Of a stretch of 64,000 nt of DNA, positions 51,464-60,254 are shown piece after piece (the first letter of the stretch is position 1; every line of letters starts with the position of its first letter). The DNA comes from an uncultured virus (IMG/VR IMGVR_UViG_3300037483_001817). Taxonomy: Duplodnaviria; Heunggongvirae; Uroviricota; Caudoviricetes. The position numbers were made by a program, and so were the translations under genes. Below the pieces are notes generated by a model. That model was not told where the DNA came from, searched no databases, and saw only the letters and a program-made list of their open reading frames with translations. The DNA lies in IMG/VR virus record IMGVR_UViG_3300037483_001817; one strand, 5' to 3'.

Positions 51464-51807
51464 GTCAGAGCTACACCACCGCCACGAGCTGGGCCGAGTT
51501 CCTTCCAACCGTGCGTGTAGGCGGCGCGCTGCCTGTCACGTTCACCTTGGATGGAGATCATGTCCTCGTCGAGGTCGTCGTCCCCTACGTGCCGCCAGAG
51601 GCACCGGACATCACGGATCCGAACAAGATCCCGATCCGAATCGCGGAAGGGTTTCCCGTGCCCCTCACCGCACGATACAAGCTGCCGGACTACCACCCCG
51701 AAAACGCCGCGAGCTTCGTGCGGCACATCGTACGAGAGATCTATCACCACGAGGCCGATGAGCAGCTGCGCGTCGGCGATCACAGACCCTTCGCACCAGA
51801 GCACTAA
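51460..51807 (+). CDS. hypothetical protein
   Basis: ATGA coupling; HEADE motif. Confidence 0.6.
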   Translation: MSQSYTTATSWAEFLPTVRVGGALPVTFTLDGDHVLVEVVVPYVPPEAPDITDPNKIPIRIAEGFPVPLTARYKLPDYHPENAASFVRHIVREIYHHEADEQLRVGDHRPFAPEH

Positions 51808-51836
51808 CCAATCCTCGCTATGGAGTAGCTAGCCGC

Positions 51837-52511
51837 ATGCTGATCTTGATCGAGAACCTGATCGACGAAACCACTGTCGCCCGCCTCCGCGGCTGGATGG
51901 CCGAGGCCACCTTCGAGGACGGAAAAGCCACCGCGGGCGGCAACGCCGCCAAGGTCAAGAACAACGAACAGGTCAGCTCTGATCCGGATCTCCCCGATCC
52001 CAAGCTCCCCGAGATGCAGGATCTCGTGGCGAAGCTTCTGTGGAACAACGGCCTGTTCTACGCGGCGGCACAGCCTAAGGAAATCCTCTCGCCGCTGTTC
52101 TCCCGCTACACGGCCGGCAAGAGCTACGGCCTGCACATGGACAACGCGCTCATGGGCGACATGCGCATCGACCTGTCCCTCACGTTGTTCCTCTCCGATC
52201 CGGCCGAGTACGACGGCGGCGAGCTCGTCATCTACTTCCCAACCGGCGAGCGCTCCATCAAGCTCCCAGCTCGTCACGCCGTGCTCTACCCGACCACGGC
52301 GCTTCACCGAGTTGCCGAAGTAACGAAGGGGCAGCGCCTCGTGGCGGTGACCTGGATACGGAGCCTCGTGCGCGATCCGGCGAAGCGCGAAATCTTGTTC
52401 GATCTCAAGACCGCCCACCACCGCCTGGACAGCCAGCTCGGAAAGACGCCGGAGATCGACCTCGTCTCGAAAACGCACACGAACCTGCTACGGCGCTGGG
52501 CCGAGGACTAG
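51837..52511 (+). CDS. ybiX: PKHD-type Fe(II)/2-oxoglutarate hydroxylase (PiuC/YbiX family)
   Basis: DGK.TAG..A.KVKNNEQ, YGLHMDNA, LSLTLFLSDP.EYDGGEL, LHRV..VT.G.R, NLLRRWAE. Confidence 0.88.
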   Translation: MLILIENLIDETTVARLRGWMAEATFEDGKATAGGNAAKVKNNEQVSSDPDLPDPKLPEMQDLVAKLLWNNGLFYAAAQPKEILSPLFSRYTAGKSYGLHMDNALMGDMRIDLSLTLFLSDPAEYDGGELVIYFPTGERSIKLPARHAVLYPTTALHRVAEVTKGQRLVAVTWIRSLVRDPAKREILFDLKTAHHRLDSQLGKTPEIDLVSKTHTNLLRRWAED

Positions 52512-52850
52512 AGGCTCGCGACGTCGGCTGATGCGTCGAGAGCGTCGTGCGCACGTAGGTAGATCACGAGGGGGAGTGCGATGACCAGGAGCGCGATGCA
52601 GGTAAGCCCCGTGATCAACTGGAGCGGCAGTACATGCAGCTTCAACCTTGCCTCACGACCGCCGGCTTGCCGCATCTCGAGCACACCCGCGACGCCTGCA
52701 TGGCCACGAGCGCTTTCACCTGGGCCAACGTCCATAGATCCGATCCGTTCTCGGGATTCAGGTGCAGGTCCCCGCAGTGCGGGCACGGCAGCCGACCAAC
52801 CCCAGGCAGAGACCCGTCGGGCAGTACGGCGGCAAGGAAAATCGCAGCCC

Positions 52851-53060
52851 TCACGGTTCGCTCGGAGGAAATCCCTTGCCGGTTCGTTCCACTTCGTCGA
52901 TCGCGATCAAGAGCCCTTCAATCTCCTCGCGCTCCGGTTCGACGAGGTGCTTCCAAATACGGTCCATCTCACCGACGACCTCGCCGTAGCGCGGGTTGGC
53001 GGACGCAAGGTTCTTCAAGTCAGCGGCCAGCTCTACGTAACGTCTGCCTTCAGCGGTCAT
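52851..53060 (-). CDS. hypothetical protein
   Basis: Short divergent ORF coupled to 52642-52854. Confidence 0.45.
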   Translation of the reverse strand: MTAEGRRYVELAADLKNLASANPRYGEVVGEMDRIWKHLVEPEREEIEGLLIAIDEVERTGKGFPPSEP

Positions 53061-53130
53061 GCTTCATTCCGAGGTGACGAACAAGCCTGGCTCAGCCTTG
53101 CGGGATCAGCGCTCCGAAGCATAACACGCT

Positions 53131-53371
53131 GGGTATCTTGCTACCCGTGTCTTGGGCACCACGCACCACGAGCTCGTTGCTCGTTCCCCGCTCCCCGCTC
53201 CCCGCGTATCGTCAGGACTCGAACTTTCTTTCCCAGAAAATCGTCGGGACTCGAGTTCGCGCTTCCCAAGAAATCAGTTCGATTCCCGGAAAGGAACCAA
53301 ATCCCAGTGTATTTTCTGGGCACAGCCTCGCCCCGAACCGCGTCCGGCCGGAGACGGGTGCGGAACTACCC
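53131..53371. promoter_or_regulatory. GGGTR-N6-YACCC dyads (53131-53146, 53356-53371) enclosing TTCCC-N1-2-GAAA repeats
   Basis: Intergenic divergent region. Confidence 0.6.
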
Positions 53372-53425
53372 GGGGTCGACGATCGCGCAGTTACGCGCGG
53401 GCGCGAACGGCACGCGAGATGCTCA

Positions 53426-53811
53426 TGTCTTGGAGCATGAACGAGCCTGTCGACCTCCAGCCCTCGATCGAGAAGTTTGGCCGCGAGACCTGGGAGGTCA
53501 AGCGCATGCGCCTCGACGCAGAGTGGGCGCCGCTCGTCGACGAGAAGAACCGCAAGGTGCATGGCTGGGCGCATATCGAAGAGATCCCGGCGCGCATGCT
53601 GGGCCGCGTGCTCGAAAGCGGCTCGACGCGCTGGACCCTCAGCTCCAAGCCGTTCGGCGTCCAGCTCATCGCGACCCGCGACAACAAGGGCTTCGGAGCG
53701 AGCCCTCCCACGACCTGGTACGCGACCCGCGAGGACGCGCTCGCGGGCGCTCGCAAGGCGCTCGTCCGGCAGGGCAGACGCTACGCGAAGAAGTACGGAG
53801 GCGCGTCGTGA
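53426..53811 (+). CDS. hypothetical protein (start approximate)
   Basis: Open frame coupled to the GTG at 53808. Confidence 0.5.
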
Positions 53812-54104
53812 TCACCGACGACCAGCTCAAGGCCATGAACCCGGAGATGGCCGCGATGTGGATCGTCGGCTCCGCCGCTTCGTTGTCCAAGCCGCAGTAC
53901 CAGGCGCTCGTGATCGCGTGTCGCAACGGCGGTTACGTCGAGGCGGGCGGCGTCGAACGCGTCTCAGCCGCGGCACTGCTCGCGCTTGCCCGCCGCGGCT
54001 ACCTCGCCCGCTGCTATGGCACGGAGGGCGGCCTCGCCGGCCGGCTCTCGGAGCGTGCCCGAACGCGCCTCGCTGACGTCGCACCGAAAGGACAGGTTCC
54101 GTGA
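53808..54104 (+). CDS. hypothetical protein, ITDDQL N-terminus, winged-helix-like C-terminus
   Basis: GGAGG RBS, GTGA coupling. Confidence 0.6.
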   Translation: MITDDQLKAMNPEMAAMWIVGSAASLSKPQYQALVIACRNGGYVEAGGVERVSAAALLALARRGYLARCYGTEGGLAGRLSERARTRLADVAPKGQVP

Positions 54105-54394
54105 ACAGCCTCACCGGCATGGATGCAGAGCTGGCCCGGAGCAAGCGTGCTCGCGTACGCCGCAAGCGCTCCACGACCGTCGTGTTTCAACGAATCCACA
54201 AGGGGCTGTACATCAGCCACGAGTACGGCATGACGCTCAGCCACGAGGCAACGTGGTCTCGTGACGCGGGCCGCAAGTGGGAGCTGACGTTCAAGCTCAG
54301 CTACATGGGCTTGATGGAGTCGTCGACGCACCGCAAGAAGTTCGACACCATCAAAGAGGCGCGCGCCTACGCAAACGCGTTGGTGCGGAAGTAA
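54101..54394 (+). CDS. hypothetical protein
   Basis: GTGA coupling. Confidence 0.55.
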   Translation: MNSLTGMDAELARSKRARVRRKRSTTVVFQRIHKGLYISHEYGMTLSHEATWSRDAGRKWELTFKLSYMGLMESSTHRKKFDTIKEARAYANALVRK

Positions 54395-54397
54395 CCC

Positions 54398-54859
54398 GTG
54401 GCGCCGTCCGTCGAATTTGTCTGTCCAACCTGCGACGCCCAAACCGGCGAACCGTGCCGCTCTGTGGCTCCGCGATCGATCCGCAACCGCACGAAGTACG
54501 ACACGCCAAAGGCCCTCAAGAAACTCCACGCCAACCGCGTGGCTCGTTGCTACCGCGCACCAATGGCGCCTGTGACGGCGTGCGGTCAGCGCGGTGGCGC
54601 CGACTCCGAGCATTGGAACGACGTCCGATGCGCCACCTGCCTGGCCAAGCAGCCCGAGATCGCGCTCCACTACGCGCGCTACTGCGGCACCGAGTTCGAA
54701 GCGAACCTCGAAAATTCACGGATGCACGACTACTTCGACGACTGTGCCCAACAGTGGGGCTTCGAGGACTGGACTGCACTCCCTAACGACAAGCAGCTCT
54801 TGGTGCGCAAGGCGTTCGACGAAGGCCGCCGCGCCGAGCGCGCCCTGAGGAGCGGTTAA
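54398..54859 (+). CDS. zinc-finger protein
   Basis: CPTCDA..G.PC..H..R. Confidence 0.55.
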   Translation: MAPSVEFVCPTCDAQTGEPCRSVAPRSIRNRTKYDTPKALKKLHANRVARCYRAPMAPVTACGQRGGADSEHWNDVRCATCLAKQPEIALHYARYCGTEFEANLENSRMHDYFDDCAQQWGFEDWTALPNDKQLLVRKAFDEGRRAERALRSG

Positions 54860-54867
54860 CCCGTGAT

Positions 54868-54946
54868 GGGTGCACAGATACCCGTGTCTTGGACGCCTCG
54901 GGCGCCTCGGATTTGCCGTCGTACAGAGACGGGTATCGATGCACCC
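54868..54946. promoter_or_regulatory. paired GGGTR-N6-YACCC dyads (54868-54883, 54931-54946)
   Basis: Intergenic; recurrent motif. Confidence 0.65.
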
Positions 54947-55011
54947 AGGCTCACGCATCGCACACTTGAAGGAACGGTAGAGCGGCACGTGAACTGCTTT
55001 ACAGAAGCCTC

Positions 55012-55245
55012 ATGAAAGCAACCCCGTTCCATACGTCGCGCTGCTACGCCTGCGACGACAAGGCGTGCGGCGTTCGCGATCGACGTCCCGAGGGCGGCTT
55101 GATCGAAGCCGCCTGCAAGCGCCACGCGGATCCGTCGATCCCGGCCTATCTCGCGTGCATGTTCTGCTCGGGCCCGCGCCCGTCGCTCCTGATCGACGGC
55201 AGCTTCGCCCACAAGAGCTGCCACACCGCGCAGGTGCAGTCGTGA
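55012..55245 (+). CDS. Cys-rich hypothetical protein
   Basis: CYAC and CMFC; coupled to next ORF. Confidence 0.55.
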   Translation: MKATPFHTSRCYACDDKACGVRDRRPEGGLIEAACKRHADPSIPAYLACMFCSGPRPSLLIDGSFAHKSCHTAQVQS

Positions 55246-55841
55246 CGCCCCCGAGCGAAGTCGTGAAGGCGCGCAACGGCGCATGGACGCCGTGGGCAGC
55301 CGTGCTGTGCGTCGAGTGCGAATTCGCCGACCTCAAGAGCACCTCGCACAGCGAGTTCTACGCCAGACGCCTCCAAGTCGTCGCCGCGCTCGCACGCACG
55401 GAAACGGTCGAACAGCCCGATGGCGACTTGCTCGGGATCTGCAACAACTGCCAGTGCACGTGCTGGGTGCGTGATGACGTCGCCCTGTTGCAGCAGGTCG
55501 GCTTCAAGGCGTCCGATCTGGACTGGGAAGGTCCGTTCGGGTGGGCGTTGCAGCAGACCGGTGGCATGTGCGCCGCGCTCGTGTTCACAGCCGACAAGCG
55601 CGAGATCGTCGTCACCGCGATGGACGGCGAATTCTACGTTGGCGAGTACGTGCAGCCCGAAAACGAGGACGAGCAGTGCTGGGACTCCGCGCTTCGCATG
55701 TGGAAGTCGGAAGTGTTCTACGTAGACGGCGAGATGAAGAGCAGGGACGCGCTGACGGCCATGGTCGAAGAGTGCGCGCGCAAGGCGATCGAGTTCATTC
55801 GCCAGCCGGTCGCAACCGCACCGAAGGAGCTGACACGATGA
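55242..55841 (+). CDS. hypothetical protein
   Basis: GTGA coupling; QTGGMC motif. Confidence 0.6.
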   Translation: MTPPSEVVKARNGAWTPWAAVLCVECEFADLKSTSHSEFYARRLQVVAALARTETVEQPDGDLLGICNNCQCTCWVRDDVALLQQVGFKASDLDWEGPFGWALQQTGGMCAALVFTADKREIVVTAMDGEFYVGEYVQPENEDEQCWDSALRMWKSEVFYVDGEMKSRDALTAMVEECARKAIEFIRQPVATAPKELTR

Positions 55842-56260
55842 CCGCCCCATGCGAGCACGAGAACGCCGACCACCTGATGCCCGGGCAGTCGTTCGCCAAT
55901 CCCCGCGACACGTACTTCGCCTCGTACATCGTACTCGTCGAGCAGGTCCGCTGCCTCGACTGCGGCGCGTGGCTGAGCCTCGGCCCGGCGAACGATGGTG
56001 GCAAGCACGCACAGCAAGTTGCCGTGGAGCTACGTGCCGCCGCGCTGGCCGTGCACCTTGTCGAGCACGGCAACTTCGTCGGATGTGCCAGTGCCGAGGA
56101 AATGAACGGTTGGTTCGAGCACTACCTGGATCGCGACACCCGCTATCGCGTAAACGCCGACGAGAAGCGACGCAAGGCGCAGGCTGGTTATCTGACGCGC
56201 GCGATAGTCAACCACGACGACGAACAGGCGCCACACCACCTAGCGCGTGGTGCAGCGTGA
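55838..56260 (+). CDS. hypothetical protein
   Basis: AAGGAG RBS, ATGA coupling. Confidence 0.6.
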   Translation: MTAPCEHENADHLMPGQSFANPRDTYFASYIVLVEQVRCLDCGAWLSLGPANDGGKHAQQVAVELRAAALAVHLVEHGNFVGCASAEEMNGWFEHYLDRDTRYRVNADEKRRKAQAGYLTRAIVNHDDEQAPHHLARGAA

Positions 56261-56516
56261 GGGAGTCCAGGGCCCGGAGCGCGGCAGAACTCGCAGCTCA
56301 GGAGACCCGTGAGCGGGCGATGTACGGCTGCACGGAGGCGTCGATCGACCAAGCTCTCACGGGCAAAGAACCGCGCGACATCGCGATGTACGCGATGAGC
56401 GTTCTGTCCGACGCCCAAGAGCAGCTCCGCGAAGTCCCCGTCTCGGACCGTGCTACCGACACGGCTCGCATGCTCATGAACGTGGCGAAGTACGCCATCG
56501 ACAAGGCCGTGCCGCG

Positions 56517-56762
56517 ATGATCACCAGCCTTCAAGCTCTGCGCGATCTGTTCGCGAAACACTGCGCGTGCAGGCCGCTCGACGTCACTCGGGATCCTGCC
56601 GATCACGGCCACGCCTGCCTCCCGGAGGTACTCGCCGACATTCAGCTGGTCTTGCGCTTCGATACCAGCTCCGAGCAAGCCCGGCTCGAACGCTATGCAG
56701 CTGTCAAGCGCTGCGATCGCTACGCGGAGGGTGACTACTCCGCCCTCGGAACCATTCACTAG
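56517..56762 (+). CDS. hypothetical protein sharing LF.+HC.CRPLDV with 58497-58790
   Basis: ATGA coupling; partial paralogy. Confidence 0.6.
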   Translation: MITSLQALRDLFAKHCACRPLDVTRDPADHGHACLPEVLADIQLVLRFDTSSEQARLERYAAVKRCDRYAEGDYSALGTIH

Positions 56763-56770
56763 GCGCGGCA

Positions 56771-57100
56771 ATGAACTACGAAGTGAATTACCCGATGAAG
56801 CACGGTGACCGGTGTCCGTATTGCCAGCAGGTGCTCCACGTCGAAAACGACGTCTTCGAGTGCGGCGGCGAGGGCGAGGGCTGCTGCTCCATCTGGAGTG
56901 CGATCTACGCCTTCGGCCACGCCGTCAACCGGCGGCAGAGATCCACCACGCTCGACGTCGAGCTGTGGATCGGCGAATGGCTCGACGAGTGGCTCGCCGC
57001 TGAAGTCGGTCAGAGTTGGTCCGAGATCGGCTGGGATCGCGACGTGCACCTGCGCGGTGTGCGTGAGACGTGGGATCTGCACGCAAAGGCGGCTCCATGA
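56771..57100 (+). CDS. hypothetical protein
   Basis: CPYC; tight packing. Confidence 0.5.
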   Translation: MNYEVNYPMKHGDRCPYCQQVLHVENDVFECGGEGEGCCSIWSAIYAFGHAVNRRQRSTTLDVELWIGEWLDEWLAAEVGQSWSEIGWDRDVHLRGVRETWDLHAKAAP

Positions 57101-57237
57101 TCCGGCGTTTCTTTTGCTGGCTTGTCGGGCACGCCTGGCGAGCGGGTCACTGCCATGGCTGGTCCGGCATCGTCGAACGCCAATGCCGCCGCTGCCAGCG
57201 CAACGAGTTCACGCAGTTCGACTTCTAGGAGGAGCCC

Positions 57238-57465
57238 ATGAAGACAACCACACTGCCGCAGTTTCTAACGGACGCGCAGATCGCCAAGGCGACGAAGCTG
57301 TACGAGGCCCACGGCATGGACGCCGTAGCCGCGATCCAGGCCCAGGTGATCGAGCCGAACATGGCCGCGATCAACCAGAAGCTCGGCCAGGAGAACGACG
57401 CGCGCTACCTCGCGTATGCGGTCGTGCACGCGTGCTCCCAGGTGGAAGAGGAGCGCTGGTCGTAA
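57238..57465 (+). CDS. hypothetical protein
   Basis: AGGAGGAG RBS. Confidence 0.7.
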   Translation: MKTTTLPQFLTDAQIAKATKLYEAHGMDAVAAIQAQVIEPNMAAINQKLGQENDARYLAYAVVHACSQVEEERWS

Positions 57466-57869
57466 CAGTGTCTAGCGCCGCGCAGATCCGGGCCCTCGTC
57501 GATGACGCGAAGGCGTACGCACTACAGCGAGACAATAGTCGCTTCCCAGCGCGCTTCGCGCTCGTGTCCGCGAAGCGCTTCCCGGAGTTCAAAACGGGTG
57601 CGTTCGCGGCGGAATGTGTCAACGCTCACCCCTTAACACTCGCGATTTCGTGCGACGTCATGAAGGTCGTGAAAGTCATCTCCAAGAGTCGTGGCTGCAT
57701 CGCTGCCGAATGGCTCCTGGACCATCCGAACGAAAGCGTGGCATCGGTTGCTCGGATCTTCGGCCTTACCAGACAGTGCGTACATCGAGCGCTGAAGGAT
57801 CTCCACTCGTCCATGTCCGCGGACCGCGGTGGCATCTAGGTGCAATCCGGATCAGCGCTCGACGTGACT

Positions 57870-57938
57870 GGGTGCTCAGATACCCGTATCTTGCGCGCCG
57901 CGGGTGTGAATGCAAAACATCCGAGTGCAAATGTACCC
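57870..57938. promoter_or_regulatory. paired GGGTR-N6-YACCC dyads (57870-57885, 57923-57938 imperfect)
   Basis: Intergenic; upstream of a TITD gene. Confidence 0.6.
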
Positions 57939-58010
57939 AGGTTCTGGTATCCGCGGACTTACGCACGAACCGCGACGGCACGCGATCTGCTCTACGAAGA
58001 CGTCACGCCC

Positions 58011-58250
58011 ATGAACATCCACGAGACCGGGCACACGATCACCGACGAACAGATCCGCGAGCTGCGCAACCTCCTGTTCCAAGAATCGGGCAACCAGATG
58101 ACCAACGACACCGACGCTTGCGGGATGGCACTCATCGATCCGGATGAGCAGCGGTTCCGTGATGTTGCAGACGTCGCGAAAAGTGTTCGCGAAATGTGCC
58201 GCGCGCGCTGCGCCGAGATCCTCAACGCCCGCGCCCAGGAGACCAAGTAG
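58011..58250 (+). CDS. TITD/ARARCAE family micro-protein
   Basis: HTITDEQIR..CGMAL..CRARCAEILNARAQE. Confidence 0.75.
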   Translation: MNIHETGHTITDEQIRELRNLLFQESGNQMTNDTDACGMALIDPDEQRFRDVADVAKSVREMCRARCAEILNARAQETK

Positions 58251-58496
58251 ATGGCGACCCCGCCGCGGAAGCTCCCCTCGATCGCTGTCCTTGTCAACCG
58301 CTGCCTGCCGTTTCATCGCCGCATCCTCGTGGCACTCGCGGCCGGCAACTTCATCGTTGATCCGTCGTGGAGCGCAGGCGAGCACCGCGGCCTTCAGACG
58401 GCGCGCAAGACGCTGGCCCGCTGGGGCTGTGTTGACGCGACCGACAAGCTCACCGATCACGGCGCCGCCCTGCTCGTCGCGCTGGAGACCAAGTAG
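58251..58496 (+). CDS. small winged-helix-like protein flanked by 22-bp direct repeats
   Basis: TLARWGCV..KLTDHG; repeats at 58238-58259 and 58484-58505. Confidence 0.6.
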   Translation: MATPPRKLPSIAVLVNRCLPFHRRILVALAAGNFIVDPSWSAGEHRGLQTARKTLARWGCVDATDKLTDHGAALLVALETK

Positions 58497-58790
58497 ATGG
58501 CGACCGACGACGTGCAGATCGCCGCGAACGAAGCGCGATTGGCGGCCGAGCGTGGCGTGGACGTCACCGCCGACACGATCACGGACAAGCAGATCCGCGA
58601 GCTGTTTGCGCGGCACTGCAAGTGCCGGCCGCTTGATGTCGATCGCGCCTCTCATTCCCACGACTGCGACACTGGGATCACCGAGACGTGTCTTGCGGCG
58701 CTCGGTGGCCAACCGCTCTGGCCGGACTGCATGCGCGCCGCTCGCGCTTGCTGCGCCGAGATCCTCAACGCCCGTACGAAAGGACCGTGA
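58497..58790 (+). CDS. TITD/ARARCAE family micro-protein
   Basis: TADTITDKQIR..CLAALG..ARACCAEILNAR. Confidence 0.75.
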   Translation: MATDDVQIAANEARLAAERGVDVTADTITDKQIRELFARHCKCRPLDVDRASHSHDCDTGITETCLAALGGQPLWPDCMRAARACCAEILNARTKGP

Positions 58791-58971
58791 TGGCTATGTC
58801 CGACCGCGCCACCGCGCCCGAACTCGCGCTCGATCTCTCCGAGCCCGACGAGCGGGTGGCGCCCCATAGAGCTCCAGCTGTCAAGAATCCGTACGCGAAG
58901 GGAACCCGCCAGTGGAAGGAATTCTGCGACGGGGAACAAAGAGCCACGCGCAGCGTGATGGACGGTGAAGA

Positions 58972-59232
58972 ATGAAGAAGCACGCGCCACGCGGACGCTT
59001 CGCGAAGAAGCACCCGACGCTGGAGAACAAGGGCGTTCAGCGGATGCACCCACGGATCATCAACGTCAGCTTCGATGTCACCCAAGAAGTCGCTGCGGCC
59101 CTGCGAACGCTCCGCGACACGGGGCTGTTCGGCAACGGAATTGACTGCGCGTCGGTCGCAGAGGAACTGCTGCGTCGCTCGCTGCTCGAACCACAGATCG
59201 TTCCCTACTGGAGACGAGGGACAAGACCATGA
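58972..59232 (+). CDS. hypothetical protein
   Basis: ATGA coupling. Confidence 0.55.
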   Translation: MKKHAPRGRFAKKHPTLENKGVQRMHPRIINVSFDVTQEVAAALRTLRDTGLFGNGIDCASVAEELLRRSLLEPQIVPYWRRGTRP

Positions 59233-59795
59233 AGACGACCAGCAAGGACACTCCGCTGAAAAATCCACAACCCATGCAGCCGGTGATCAAGGACGAGGGT
59301 GGCACGCTACGCTTCCGCGAGAACGCGGTTATCCGGTACATCGTCGACCATGCCGGCGACGTCGTTCACCCGGGGGCGCCCGCGATCGATCCCGGCACGG
59401 GACGACCCTACCACCAGGGCCGGCTCGACCTCGGCAAGCTCATGACGCTGGACTTTCCACAGGAAGACCGCGAGCAATTCGCCCAGCTCATGGGCTACGC
59501 GCTCACGGGCTATCACGAGCTGTCGTACGTGTCCGACGAGAGCGCGGCGCAGGCGAATGCACTGGCTCACGCGGTCGAGACGACGGCTGTCCAGTGCACG
59601 GCGGAAAGAAGCTTGCATCCCTCAGACTTGAACCCGATCGAGCTTGCGGTGTGGGGAGCAGAATACGTTCGTGTGCGAGCGGACCGTAGTGCAGGTTCGT
59701 TCCCGGTACTACGCGCGGACGACATTGCCGCGGCCGTCGAAGAAGCAAATCGCGCTGTCGGCGACATACGACGCCTGAGGTGGTCGTGCTCATGA
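59229..59795 (+). CDS. hypothetical protein, paralog of 5062-5670
   Basis: PMQPVI.DE.G..RFR.N..FPQED.EQ.AQL.GY...GYHELSYVSDESA. Confidence 0.75.
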   Translation: MKTTSKDTPLKNPQPMQPVIKDEGGTLRFRENAVIRYIVDHAGDVVHPGAPAIDPGTGRPYHQGRLDLGKLMTLDFPQEDREQFAQLMGYALTGYHELSYVSDESAAQANALAHAVETTAVQCTAERSLHPSDLNPIELAVWGAEYVRVRADRSAGSFPVLRADDIAAAVEEANRAVGDIRRLRWSCS

Positions 59796-60254
59796 CGAAG
59801 CACAACCGGGTGAAGGCACCCACGCCCTACGATCGTCAACAGCAGGCCCTGCACGCACTCAACTGCGCGATCGGCTGCATGGTCGCGTGGCCGCCGAGCG
59901 AGGAGCACCTGGGCGCCGCCGTCTTCTTCACGGCGCTGGCGCTTCACCGGATGGTCCAGGCGGATCCGAGTGGCTCCGCTACCGTGTTTGCCGAGAAACA
60001 CCTGGAACAAGCACGCCTGACAAAGACGGGCGTGATCCACGTCCCTACGAAGGAGGTCCCATGATCTACGGAGAGCATCTGTGCGCAGACGAGCAAGCGA
60101 TCAATTGCACGTGCGGCGTGACCGCCACCGTAGAGGTCATCGACCAAAGCGGCAGCTCGTGCGGTTGGTACTGCCGGCGCTGCGCGTTGGATAAACGCGA
60201 CGAGCTGAAGAGTTACGAGAAGCTCGCCAAGGCGATCGTACGAAAGGACCGGCT

